64,000 bases of DNA from Longimicrobiales bacterium (GTDB lineage: Bacteria > Gemmatimonadota > Gemmatimonadetes > Longimicrobiales > Gaopeijiaceae), in contig CBDFIQ010000002.1 of NCBI GenBank assembly GCA_965248195.1, positions 2,208,001 to 2,272,000 on the forward strand, in the 5' to 3' direction. Position numbers and translations under genes: made by a program. How positions within the stretch are numbered: the stretch's first letter is position 1; the number at the start of each line of letters is the position of its first letter. Under the pieces are notes generated by a model. The model was not told where the DNA came from. It searched no databases and saw only the letters and a list, made by a program, of their open reading frames with translations. Below are positions 19,334 to 28,477 of the stretch, in pieces.

Positions 19334-21004
19334 TCAATACTCGATCACATCGCCGGGGAGCGGCGGGGCCAGCGGCGTCGGTCGCCGCATCATCGTGGCC
19401 TGCTCGTAGTCGTAGGCATAGCCGATCAGCTTGCCTTCGTCATACGGCCTTCCCAAGAAGGAGATGGTCATCGGCAGGCCCTGGGAACCGAATCCCATTG
19501 GGACGACGATGCCCGGAAAGCCAACGGAGCTATACCCGGCAAGCGTGGAAGGACTGCGGACGTCGCCAGACGGCACGTAGGTCGGGTCTTCGGCGTTAAA
19601 CGTCGGATCTCTGACCGGCCGCGCAAAGCTGGCATGGAACGGAAACACCAGTGCATCGAGGTCGTAGGTCTCGAACAGATCGAGCTTCAGTTGGGTGTTC
19701 CTCGGCAGGACGTTCTCGATCAAGTCGCGGTAGTCGGGATGGTCGGTGGACGTCACGCTGGCCCGCTCCAGCAGATTCAAGACTGACTCCTCGGCGGGGA
19801 GCGATGAAGCCGCAACCTCTGTGTTGTAGACTTCGAGAAACTCCTCCACCGTCTTTGGAACCGCAGGCCCAAAGGTCGCGAGATAGGCCTCCCAATCGGC
19901 CTTGAACCGGTAGTCGGCGATCGGCCGGACCCCGCTCACGAACGAGCCGTCGAACGTAACGGGGTCGATGATTTCAGCGCCCAGCTCCCGCATGGTGGCG
20001 ATCGCGGCCTCGGCGAGGGCATCGATTTCCGGGTCGCCGCCGAAGTAGTCGCGCGCCACACCCAGCCGGGCGCCCTGGAGCGCGCCGCGCTCCAGAAACT
20101 GCACGTAGTCGAGGCCTTCGGCCGCCTGGCCAGCGGGGTGGGCAGCGTAGACGCTCAGATTCAGATTGTCCGGGTCGGCCGGATCGCGTCCGGCGATGGC
20201 GGTGAGCACGATCGCGATGTCGGTGACCGTCCGGGCCATCGGACCCCCGGTGTCGAAGTGCAGGTTCTTGGGTGCGATGCCATCTCGGCTGATGAGCCCC
20301 GTGGTGGGTCGGAGACCGACGATCCCGCTGAACGAGGCGGGGTTGCGAACCGACTGGCTGGTATCGGTCCCGACGGCGACGACACACAGATTGGCCGCCA
20401 CGGCCACCGCCGACCCGCTGCTTGACCCGCCCGCGCCGCGAAGCAGGTTGTAGGGATTGACGGTCTGTCCGTCGACCGAGTTGTAGCTGTTACCTCCCGC
20501 GAATTCTGCCAACGAGGCCTTGCCGAGAATCAACGCCCCCGCCTCTCGCAAAGCCCGCGTGATGAACGCGTCGTCCGGGGGAATCGCGTCCTTCAAGATG
20601 ACGGAGCCGTTGCTCGTCGGCATGTCGTCGGTGTCGATGTTGTCCTTGAGCAAGACGGGGATACAATGCAGGGCGCTCCGCGGGCCGCTGGACGCTCGCT
20701 CTTCATCGAGCGCTTGTGCGGCTTCCAACGCGCGAGGATTGACCGTAATGATGCTGTTCAGAAGTGGACCGGCGTCGTCGTAAGCCGCGACACGGTTGAG
20801 ATACATCTCCACGAGCTCTCGACACGTCAACGCGTCCGCGTCGAACGCGGCGTTGATGTCAGCGATTGTTGCCTCTTCCAACCGAAAGATCGAAGCCGGT
20901 GCCGGTGCCGGTGCTTCGGGGGCCGTCCGGCCGCATCCGCTCGGAATGAGGAGTATTGCCGATGCCAACGCGGCGACGACGGACCGTCTGTCAAGAGCAT
21001 TCAT
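19334..21004 (-). CDS. Amidase-signature enzyme, probable lipoprotein
   Basis: DRRSVV...PSGC N-terminus; LLKDNID, GGSSSGS, TDTSQSVRNP. Confidence 0.9.
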   Translation of the reverse strand: MNALDRRSVVAALASAILLIPSGCGRTAPEAPAPAPASIFRLEEATIADINAAFDADALTCRELVEMYLNRVAAYDDAGPLLNSIITVNPRALEAAQALDEERASSGPRSALHCIPVLLKDNIDTDDMPTSNGSVILKDAIPPDDAFITRALREAGALILGKASLAEFAGGNSYNSVDGQTVNPYNLLRGAGGSSSGSAVAVAANLCVVAVGTDTSQSVRNPASFSGIVGLRPTTGLISRDGIAPKNLHFDTGGPMARTVTDIAIVLTAIAGRDPADPDNLNLSVYAAHPAGQAAEGLDYVQFLERGALQGARLGVARDYFGGDPEIDALAEAAIATMRELGAEIIDPVTFDGSFVSGVRPIADYRFKADWEAYLATFGPAVPKTVEEFLEVYNTEVAASSLPAEESVLNLLERASVTSTDHPDYRDLIENVLPRNTQLKLDLFETYDLDALVFPFHASFARPVRDPTFNAEDPTYVPSGDVRSPSTLAGYSSVGFPGIVVPMGFGSQGLPMTISFLGRPYDEGKLIGYAYDYEQATMMRRPTPLAPPLPGDVIEY

Positions 21005-21110
21005 GGTTCCGCTTCTCCGGTGATTGGGGGCTGTGGCAGTAGAATCCCCGGGTCTATCGCGTTATGGGCGCCGCGGGCGGAAACCAAAGTGCTGCGGTTC
21101 TCGAGCCAGT

Positions 21111-22403
21111 CTACCACTGCGGCAGGTAGGTACGCCCCCCCTTGATGGTGCGCCAGGGCACGAGCCTTTCCCGACCGGTTCTCACTGCGCCATAGGAATC
21201 TTCGAACCTCTGCTCCCCGGTATGCATCTCGAAGATGGCGACATCGCCCTCGGCACCGACCTCAAGCGTCCCGATCTGGGCGTCCCATGCTAACGCGGAG
21301 GCCGGCACTGCCGTGGCCCTCCGCACCGCGTCTTCCAGCGACATCCCCAGATAGAGAAACTTGGAGAGTGTCGTGGCCAGATCATAGACCGGCCCTTCCT
21401 CGCCCACATTATATGCGTGAACGTCACTGCTGATCGTACTCGGCAGAACGCCCTGGTTCATGGCCATTTCCATGGTCTCGAAGGAAAAGCTTCCTTGGCC
21501 GTGTCCGACGTCGAACAGCACTCCCCGCTCCAAGGCGTCGCCCGCGGACGTCCGGAGAATTCCTTCGCCCGTCAGGATGCCCTGGTCACTTGACTCCGGC
21601 GTTCCCGACCGGCGGAAGCTGTGGGTGAGAATGTCTCCGCCTCTGAGCATCCCGAGAAGCTGATCAATGGGCGTTACGGTGCTGGTAATGTGCATCATGA
21701 TGGGTAGTCCAACAGCCTCCGCTACCTCGAGCGCCCGCTCCGTCGCGACTAGGTCGTTGGGGCCAGACTGCCCCCTCCCGTTGCGCACTTTTACGCCTAG
21801 GATTACGTCTCGATGCTGCTCGATCGTCTGAATCGCACGATTGACGTTCGCGTGCTCCAGGTCCTCCAGTTCTCCTCGCAAATTGGTGAGCATTCCCGTG
21901 ACCGAGATGTTCAGGAGCGCTCTAATCCGTGTAGCTTGCACGTCGATAACGTACTTGCGGAACCCGGGAAACGTCTGAGCCCCTGCGGAACCCGGATCGA
22001 GAACGGTGGTGGCGCCCCGGCTCAGGCAATACTTGTCCGCGTTGATGCCGTAGTGGGAGACGCCCTCGTAGACATGGGCATGCAAATCGACGAATCCCGG
22101 CGTCACGATCCGTCCATCCGCCTCGATGACTTGCCCCCAACCCGCAGAATCGATCCGTGGTGCAACTTCAGCGATTCTTCCGCCCCGGATGCCGACGTCA
22201 AATGTCCCGTCCAGGCCCTGTGACGGATCGATGACCCGCCCGCCGCGGATCAGGATAACCGCATCCTGCTCTCTCTCTCTCTTGAGCGAAGTCGGCGCGG
22301 CTGCGGCGACCTCCGGGCCATGGAGGCCTGCAGTCAATCCAGCAGCCGTTCCTGCGGCGGCTGTCAGAAAAGCACGGCGAGGGATGGCGTGTGTGTGGCA
22401 CAT
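21111..22403 (-). CDS. Tat-exported amidohydrolase (dihydroorotase-like / deacetylase subgroup)
   Basis: PRRAFL Tat motif; DLHAHV, GVKVR, MMHI, THSF and SSDVH metal ligands. Confidence 0.85.
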   Translation of the reverse strand: MCHTHAIPRRAFLTAAAGTAAGLTAGLHGPEVAAAAPTSLKREREQDAVILIRGGRVIDPSQGLDGTFDVGIRGGRIAEVAPRIDSAGWGQVIEADGRIVTPGFVDLHAHVYEGVSHYGINADKYCLSRGATTVLDPGSAGAQTFPGFRKYVIDVQATRIRALLNISVTGMLTNLRGELEDLEHANVNRAIQTIEQHRDVILGVKVRNGRGQSGPNDLVATERALEVAEAVGLPIMMHITSTVTPIDQLLGMLRGGDILTHSFRRSGTPESSDQGILTGEGILRTSAGDALERGVLFDVGHGQGSFSFETMEMAMNQGVLPSTISSDVHAYNVGEEGPVYDLATTLSKFLYLGMSLEDAVRRATAVPASALAWDAQIGTLEVGAEGDVAIFEMHTGEQRFEDSYGAVRTGRERLVPWRTIKGGRTYLPQW

Positions 22404-22565
22404 CTCGACTACCCCACTGAAAGGGGGAAGGTGAAATCCGCGGAACATCCATATACCCTCGGTGACCGCAAGGCAAGGGGAGCCAGGAGCCGTGCCGTGC
22501 GCATCCGGGCCGGGCTCCTTGCGCCTTCCCCACAGCTTTCTTGACTCCGATCGAGCGGGTACGTA

Positions 22566-22707
22566 AGTGTAGTGTTGCCAAAGTCTCATTGGCCTTGCTC
22601 ACCTTCTTGAGGATCTGGCGCACGATGTCGAGATCCTTCGCCGTAGTTCGCACGACCGTGTTCATGAACTCGAGAAACTCCTGATGGCGATGCTCCGGCA
22701 TGCACTC
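22566..22707 (-). mobile_element. IS630-family transposase remnant, internally deleted, including the right end
   Basis: ECMPEHRHQEFLEFMN...KDLDI is fused directly to the C-terminal ILKKVSKANETLATLH; the DN..xH catalytic segment is missing. Confidence 0.75.
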
Positions 22708-22894
22708 CTGAATGATGTGCTCATGCGCCCCTTCGAGGCCCTTCCCGCCCGGGCCCCCCGCGATTTGGCGCCGACGAGAGCGGGATCACGCTCGGGGATG
22801 ATAGCGGACCCGGTGGGACCGGGAGCGTGCCGCTGGGCATCTCCACCAGCGGAAACTCCCGAAACGTGATCGAAGCCCCGCCTGAGGCGCGTCG

Positions 22895-23665
22895 GTGATC
22901 CCCGCTCTGGACGAATGGATCGCGGGGCTCGGCGGCGGGGGCGCCGCCATGGCCCTGCTCGCGGCTCTCCTGCTCGGTCTCCGCCACGCCGCCGATCCCG
23001 ATCACGTAGCTGCCGTAGCCGCCCTCATGCTCTCCCGGGATGAAGGCTCGGAGGCAGATGCCGGTTTCCTGGGTCTCTGGTGGGGCCTCGGGCACGCGGT
23101 GGCCATACTCGCCCTGGGGATGCCCCTGGTCTTCTTCGGCCGCCTCCTCCCGGCGTCTGTCCACACGGCGGCGGAAGTGGCCGTCGGCCTCCTCATCGTC
23201 GCTCTCTCCGTGCGTCTGCTCGTCCGCTGGCAGCGGAGTTATGTGCACGCTCACCCTCACCGCCACGGCGACTTGGTGCACTCGCACCCCCATCTTCACG
23301 AGCACCGGCACGAGACGGAAGACGCGGCGTCCCACGGCCATGCCCACAGCGCGTCTCTGGGACGGTCCCCCTTTGAATCCTTCGGGATCGGGCTCATCCA
23401 CGGCGTCGGGGGATCGGCCGGAGCGGGCGTCCTGCTGGTCGCGTCGGCGCAGGATCCCCGTGCCGCGATCCTGGTCCTTCTCCTCTTCGCCTGCGGCACC
23501 GCCGCCTCGATGACCATCCTGTCTGCGCTGATGGGGCGCTTCCTGGTCCGCCGCTCCGTATCAGCCCGAATGGGGAGCATGATTCCGGCATGGGGCGCTG
23601 TCGGCTTCCTCTTCGGCGCGTGGTACGCCCTCGGCGCGCTGGAGCTGCTTCCGTACGTGTTCTGA
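22895..23665 (+). CDS. NiCoT/UreH-like nickel/cobalt permease
   Basis: GLRHAADPDH signature; WGLGH; His-rich loop; GLIHGVGGS; about six TM helices. Confidence 0.8.
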   Translation: MIPALDEWIAGLGGGGAAMALLAALLLGLRHAADPDHVAAVAALMLSRDEGSEADAGFLGLWWGLGHAVAILALGMPLVFFGRLLPASVHTAAEVAVGLLIVALSVRLLVRWQRSYVHAHPHRHGDLVHSHPHLHEHRHETEDAASHGHAHSASLGRSPFESFGIGLIHGVGGSAGAGVLLVASAQDPRAAILVLLLFACGTAASMTILSALMGRFLVRRSVSARMGSMIPAWGAVGFLFGAWYALGALELLPYVF

Positions 23666-23767
23666 CCTTCCTTTTTTCTCGCCTTTCTCTCCGTATTGTC
23701 CGTCGCTGGGTGCTCAACAGGAGACTCACCGTGACGAATAAAGCTGACTGACACGACCGAGCGCTCA

Positions 23768-23795
23768 GTCTGGCGGGGGTAACTCCCGCCTAGAC
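23768..23795. terminator. Hairpin between the convergent NiCoT and DUF5916 genes
   Basis: GTCTGGCGGGGGT-AA-CTCCCGCCTAGAC. Confidence 0.5.
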
Positions 23796-23863
23796 GATGT
23801 GGCCGGAGTCATCGGCCCGCGAGGCCTTCAGCCTCACCTTCCTCTGCCCGGCCCTTGAAGCGC

Positions 23864-26233
23864 CTAGAACCTGAACAGGTACTGGACCTTCGCAAAGAGC
23901 GCCCGGTTCGTCCGCCGGAGGTCGCTCTCGAAGAAGAGCTGCTCGTCGACGTCGTCGCCGTTGATATCTCCCCTGATGAGATCCGCCTGCCGGTAGTGGT
24001 CGTCGTAGCCCACGTACAGGACGGTTCCCGCGTTCACCCGGTAGGTGAAGAGGACGTTCAGGTCGAAGGTCTCGTCAAAGGTGTTGTACTCAGTGATGTT
24101 CCGGAGCTGAAGGCGGTCCGTGAACTGGAAGGTGCTCAAGGCCCGGAAGATCTTCACGTTGAAGACTTCCTCGTCGCCGTTCCTCGGGTCCGTCAGGCGG
24201 CTTGAGTCGATGCTGAGGTTGGACGTCAGGCGCGAGATGGGACGGAGTGTGGCGTTGAGCCCCCACTGGACCTCATCCCCTAGATAGGGGTCGTCGGTAA
24301 AGCGGATTTGGTCACCCATCGCGAAGCGGGCTCCGAACGCGACCGTCTGGCTGGTGTTGACGTTGGCCCGGACATTAAAGCGCGGCTTCTCGAAGTCGAT
24401 GCCCGCGAAGCGCTCCATGTTCCGCTCCACCTGGATATAGGTGCTGATGTTGTGGGCGAAGAAGAAGTTGAGGCCGTACCGGAGCAGCTCATCCTGGAGC
24501 ACGTCGTCGAAGTCGTAGTTCCGGTAGTAGCGGAGACCGTGCCACGAGTTGATGATCCAGCTCTTCTCGTGCCAGAACGTGTAGCTGATCCGCCCGTCGA
24601 GCTGCCGCTGATCACGCCGGCGGACGAAGCCCGCGTCGGTCTCGAAGTCCGGGGAGATCTGAAATGCCTGGGCCCACAATTCGAGATTCCGCCCTCGGTG
24701 GCGCACCATTGCGTCCGTCAGGTACCCCCTACGCTCCACGCCGTCCAGGTCCCGGTGCCGGGTGCTCATGAGGTTGAACCTGACAATCCGGGCGGATCCC
24801 AGGCGGAGGTTTCCATCCAGGCCGGCAAGGCGGCTGTTGCTGCCCAAGAACTCCCGGTCGGTCACCACTGCGCCAATGTAGGACTGGGAAGAAACTTCGA
24901 ACTTCCCTCTTCCGATGTACGTCTGGGCCTTCCGCTCGAAAGAGGGATCCGCTGGGTCGTCTACCCGTCCCGGGGCTGCGTCGTTGGCGGCCAGCACGCC
25001 GAAGCTCAATCGTCCCACCTTCCCACTCAGCTTTGCTCCGTAGTCCGGGTCTACGATGGTCCGGGTGTGGACCACCGTCACGGGAGCAGAGACCTCGAAG
25101 ATCTCGGACCCCTCCACGAAGAAGGGGCGAAGCTCTTGGAAGAAGAGCGGGAACCTCCGGTTGACCTCGATCTGGGGCCGATCCGACTCGATTTGCGAGA
25201 AGTCCGGGTTCAGGGTGAAGTCGGCCGTTACGTTCGAAGTCACACCGTACTTTACGTTGACGCCGGCATCCGGCTCCATGTCTTGGTTGACGAAGCCAGG
25301 ACCGGCGTTCCGAGTCGGCTCGATCTCCCCGTACTGGATGGCCGTGAGGGTGGGGAGAACCTCCAGGTTCCGGGTCGTCGACAGCCCGGTCATCCCGTCC
25401 AGGACCCCCATCTGTGAGTAGAAGCCGGACTCGGCCCGCGACATGGGAGCCCACACGATGGTCTCCTGGTCCTTGCCTTTGATCTCCCGGACGATCTGGA
25501 GGCCCCACCGGTGGGTCTCGCCCTCGGGCCGCCGGGGATAGCGCAGGCTCTTTAAGGGGATAGCCATCTCGGCGGTGTAGCCGTCGGGAACGATCTGAGC
25601 GCCGGATTCGAACAAGGCGTCCCAAGACCGGTCCGCCCGGGGAATGGCGGTGCCACCACGAGGACCGCGCCCGTCCCCGCCCCCCCCAGCGTTGAGGATT
25701 CCGTCCCCCTGGACGCCGTAAGCGTTCACGTCGAAGCTGTAGGCGCGTTGCTGACCCAGGAACGGGTCTAGATAGATCGTGAAGAGGTCGTCTGCCATGG
25801 CCCGGTCGCGGTCGACGCGGCTCGCGCGCATGATGGACGGGTTCTCGTAATGTGCATAGAATCCGAAGTAGAGATAGTCGTCGTCGTAGGCGACGAAGAC
25901 CTCGGTGTTCTCGGTCGCGGAAGCCCCGTCCCGTGGCGACTCCTGCACGAAGTCGGCGAGCACTGCGGTCCCCTGCCACGCCTCTTCATCCAGCCGTCCG
26001 TCGATCTCTGGAGGTGTGTCGAGGCGGGTGGGGCGGACCCTCGGACGGCCCGGCACCAGCCCGAGCTGCACGTCGGCGAGCTCGGCGGTGGCTCGCTCGT
26101 CCCGGGAACCGTCGGCTCCTCCAGCAACCTGGGCGCTCACAGGTCCTGAAAGGACGAGAAGGGCTACGATCGCTCCGAAGCCCCCCGCAAGTCGGCCCAG
26201 GTGGGCGGCTCCTACGACATCCCTGCGAGACAT
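23864..26233 (-). CDS. CBM9-like + DUF5916 outer-membrane protein
   Basis: PPEIDGRLDE..W; GYTAEMAIPLKSLRY; TLNPDFSQIESD; LFFQELRPFF.EG; C-terminal YLFRF. Confidence 0.85.
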   Translation of the reverse strand: MSRRDVVGAAHLGRLAGGFGAIVALLVLSGPVSAQVAGGADGSRDERATAELADVQLGLVPGRPRVRPTRLDTPPEIDGRLDEEAWQGTAVLADFVQESPRDGASATENTEVFVAYDDDYLYFGFYAHYENPSIMRASRVDRDRAMADDLFTIYLDPFLGQQRAYSFDVNAYGVQGDGILNAGGGGDGRGPRGGTAIPRADRSWDALFESGAQIVPDGYTAEMAIPLKSLRYPRRPEGETHRWGLQIVREIKGKDQETIVWAPMSRAESGFYSQMGVLDGMTGLSTTRNLEVLPTLTAIQYGEIEPTRNAGPGFVNQDMEPDAGVNVKYGVTSNVTADFTLNPDFSQIESDRPQIEVNRRFPLFFQELRPFFVEGSEIFEVSAPVTVVHTRTIVDPDYGAKLSGKVGRLSFGVLAANDAAPGRVDDPADPSFERKAQTYIGRGKFEVSSQSYIGAVVTDREFLGSNSRLAGLDGNLRLGSARIVRFNLMSTRHRDLDGVERRGYLTDAMVRHRGRNLELWAQAFQISPDFETDAGFVRRRDQRQLDGRISYTFWHEKSWIINSWHGLRYYRNYDFDDVLQDELLRYGLNFFFAHNISTYIQVERNMERFAGIDFEKPRFNVRANVNTSQTVAFGARFAMGDQIRFTDDPYLGDEVQWGLNATLRPISRLTSNLSIDSSRLTDPRNGDEEVFNVKIFRALSTFQFTDRLQLRNITEYNTFDETFDLNVLFTYRVNAGTVLYVGYDDHYRQADLIRGDINGDDVDEQLFFESDLRRTNRALFAKVQYLFRF

Positions 26234-26264
26234 GTCTATTCTATAGATGTCTATTCTATGCTTC

Positions 26265-27092
26265 TCAATCCCTCCGGTAGGGGCTCTCTCGTCTGTGTCG
26301 GCACCGCGTGAGGTCAACGAGCATCGTCAGCACCTCGATGAGTCCGTCCCGGTCGGTGAAGCTAAAGCCGTGCCCCGGAATGATCTTGGTGTTCGGTCCC
26401 GACATGCCGATGGCGATTTCCATGGCTTCGATCATCCCCGACACACTTCCGCCGTTGTACACGTCGATGATGGGATACATGTTGGTCCGGAACACGTCCC
26501 CGGTGTGGAGGACGTCCGAGTCGGCGAAGTAGACGAAGCTGTCACCGTCGGTATGTGCGGGTGGGACGAGAAACGCCCGAACTTCCTCGCCATTCATATG
26601 GAAGGTCACGGCGTTGTCGAAAGTGAGGAGCGGGCGGGCCCCTTCCGGGGGTGCAGGCGAGATTCTCCCACCCCCTCGGGGAGTCCGGAGCCGTTCCAGC
26701 ATCCGCAGCCGAACGTTGTCGTGGGCGACGAGCGTCGCTCCCATGTTGGCCAGAGCTTCATTCCCCCCTTGGTGGTCGATGTGGACGTGGGTATTGATGA
26801 CGAACCGGATCTCCTCATCGGAGATCTCCCGAACCCCTTGGATGACGCTCTCCGTCAGTCTCGGGACCTGGTCGTCCACAAGGAGAACCCCCTCGGAGCC
26901 GGGCAAGACCCCGATGTTGCCCCCAGCGGCAGGGGTCTGGAGCATGTAGACCTGTCCCTGAACCGGGATGACGATCATTTCCACACCCTGGACAGTCTCG
27001 GACGCGGGGGCCGGGGCCTTGGCCACAACGGCGAACAGGAGAAGGGGAAGAAGGATGAGGAGCGAAGCTGGTCGGTAGGGAGATGTCTTCAT
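26265..27092 (-). CDS. Exported MBL-fold metallo-hydrolase (cyclase-like), C-terminus probably truncated
   Basis: NTHVHIDHQGGN, AHTDGD, HTGD and PGHG motifs; sequence becomes atypical after MLVDL. Confidence 0.85.
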   Translation of the reverse strand: MKTSPYRPASLLILLPLLLFAVVAKAPAPASETVQGVEMIVIPVQGQVYMLQTPAAGGNIGVLPGSEGVLLVDDQVPRLTESVIQGVREISDEEIRFVINTHVHIDHQGGNEALANMGATLVAHDNVRLRMLERLRTPRGGGRISPAPPEGARPLLTFDNAVTFHMNGEEVRAFLVPPAHTDGDSFVYFADSDVLHTGDVFRTNMYPIIDVYNGGSVSGMIEAMEIAIGMSGPNTKIIPGHGFSFTDRDGLIEVLTMLVDLTRCRHRRESPYRRD

Positions 27093-27209
27093 GGTCGCTC
27101 CGAGCGCGGAAGGGGAAGGAAGGGAAACAAGGGTACGCTCCCTCGGCGACTTACGGCAACCAGATCGGTATGAGAAAGCAAAGTCGGCCTCCGTTACGGA
27201 GTCACCGTA

Positions 27210-27418
27210 TGATGCGATGCTCCAATAGTGAAAAGGGCTCGAAGCCCACGGGCACGGAAGCTGGCCAGATGAAGATACGAACGATGATCCCAACGTAACG
27301 ATCGGACTCGACCTCGGCGACCGCTTCAGTACTTTCCATGTTCTCGACGACCCACGGGTGTGTCTCGAGCAGAGTCAGATCCGCACCACGCCCAAGGGGC
27401 TACGAGTGCGGCTGCTGC
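27210..27418 (+). mobile_element. IS110-family transposase remnant (left end plus frameshifted N-terminus)
   Basis: VTIGLDLGDRFSTFHVLD...QSQIRTTPKGLR matches the start of the DEDD RuvC domain; the ATG at 27269 is out of frame; truncated at the maf stop. Left boundary approximate. Confidence 0.75.
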
Positions 27419-28030
27419 TCAACAGGCTTCTGGCCTTGCCGGCAATGCGAAGGCGTATTCCCAACCGCTCTCCTCGAAGAGCTTCAGGAGGAGAGCCACG
27501 GGTAGCCCGACCACGCTGTAGTAGTCTCCCCGAATTTCGGTCACCAGCGCTGCACCGAGCCCCTGGATGCCATAGGCCCCTGCCTTATCGAGGGGCTCGC
27601 CGGTCGCCACGTAGGCGTGCGCGAACTGGGGTGAAAAGGGACGAAACGTGACCTCGGTGGTCGAGACCCCGCTACGCACTTCGCCGGACGGGCGAGCGAG
27701 CGCGAGGCCGCTCGCCACGGTGTGAGTCCGGCCTTCCAATCGTAACAGCATTGCCTCGGCCTCTTCTGGCCCCGAGGGCTTTCCCAGAATTTCGCCGCCC
27801 AGCGTCACCACGGTATCGCCCCCGAGCACAACCGCGCCGGGACACGCGGAGGCGACAGCGGTGGCTTTGTCACGAGCGAGCCGCTCGACGTGGGCCTCGG
27901 CGGACTCTCCAGGTTGGACGGTCTCGGAAACCTCGGCGGGCTGGACCGTGAAACTCAAGCCGAGCATTCGGAGGCACTCGCTACGGCGGGGGGAAGCCGA
28001 CGCGAGCACGAGGGGGGGTGGCCCACTCAC
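27419..28030 (-). CDS. maf: Maf-family nucleoside triphosphate pyrophosphatase
   Basis: [36 protein letters not shown]. Confidence 0.93.
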   Translation of the reverse strand: MSGPPPLVLASASPRRSECLRMLGLSFTVQPAEVSETVQPGESAEAHVERLARDKATAVASACPGAVVLGGDTVVTLGGEILGKPSGPEEAEAMLLRLEGRTHTVASGLALARPSGEVRSGVSTTEVTFRPFSPQFAHAYVATGEPLDKAGAYGIQGLGAALVTEIRGDYYSVVGLPVALLLKLFEESGWEYAFALPARPEAC

Positions 28031-28467
28031 CGTTCGATGACGAGGGTCACTGGTCCATCATTGGTCAACGAGACATCCATAATCGCTCCGAACTTCCCCG
28101 TAGCCACCATGCCCGGGTGGCGGGCATCGAGAAGGTCCACGAACCGGTCGTACAGCAGTATCGCGGTCTCGGGTGGTGCGGCCTCGATGAAGCTCGGGCG
28201 ACGGCCTTTACGGAGGTCCCCGTACAGAGTGAACTGGCTCACCACCAGAATCGAGCCGTCCACGTCGGCCAAGGTGCGATTCATCTTGCCAGCGTCGTCT
28301 TGGAAGATTCGAAGTCCGACCACCTTGTCGGCCATCCACTCTACGTGATCGGTCGTGTCACTCGCCTTGAAGCCCACGAGCAGGAGGTGCCCAACACCGA
28401 TCTCGCCGACCACCCTTCCCTCTACGGTGACGTTGGCTTCGCGGACGCGCTGAAGCACGACCCTCAC
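28027..28467 (-). CDS. dtd: D-aminoacyl-tRNA deacylase
   Basis: RVVLQRV, LRIF.D..GKMN, VSQFTL, NDGPVT. Confidence 0.95.
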   Translation of the reverse strand: MRVVLQRVREANVTVEGRVVGEIGVGHLLLVGFKASDTTDHVEWMADKVVGLRIFQDDAGKMNRTLADVDGSILVVSQFTLYGDLRKGRRPSFIEAAPPETAILLYDRFVDLLDARHPGMVATGKFGAIMDVSLTNDGPVTLVIER

Positions 28468-28477
28468 CGCGGGGCCG

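Noticed and set aside
8188..21004. Calling the amidases gatA
   Set aside because: All three have export signals, no gatB or gatC is adjacent, and their sequences are divergent from GatA.
21111..22403. Calling the amidohydrolase pyrC
   Set aside because: The Tat signal and deacetylase-subgroup motifs argue against a cytoplasmic pyrimidine biosynthesis role.
22716..22898. Short frame whose TGA overlaps the permease GTG
   Set aside because: No start codon with an RBS and no recognisable motif, so it may be chance.
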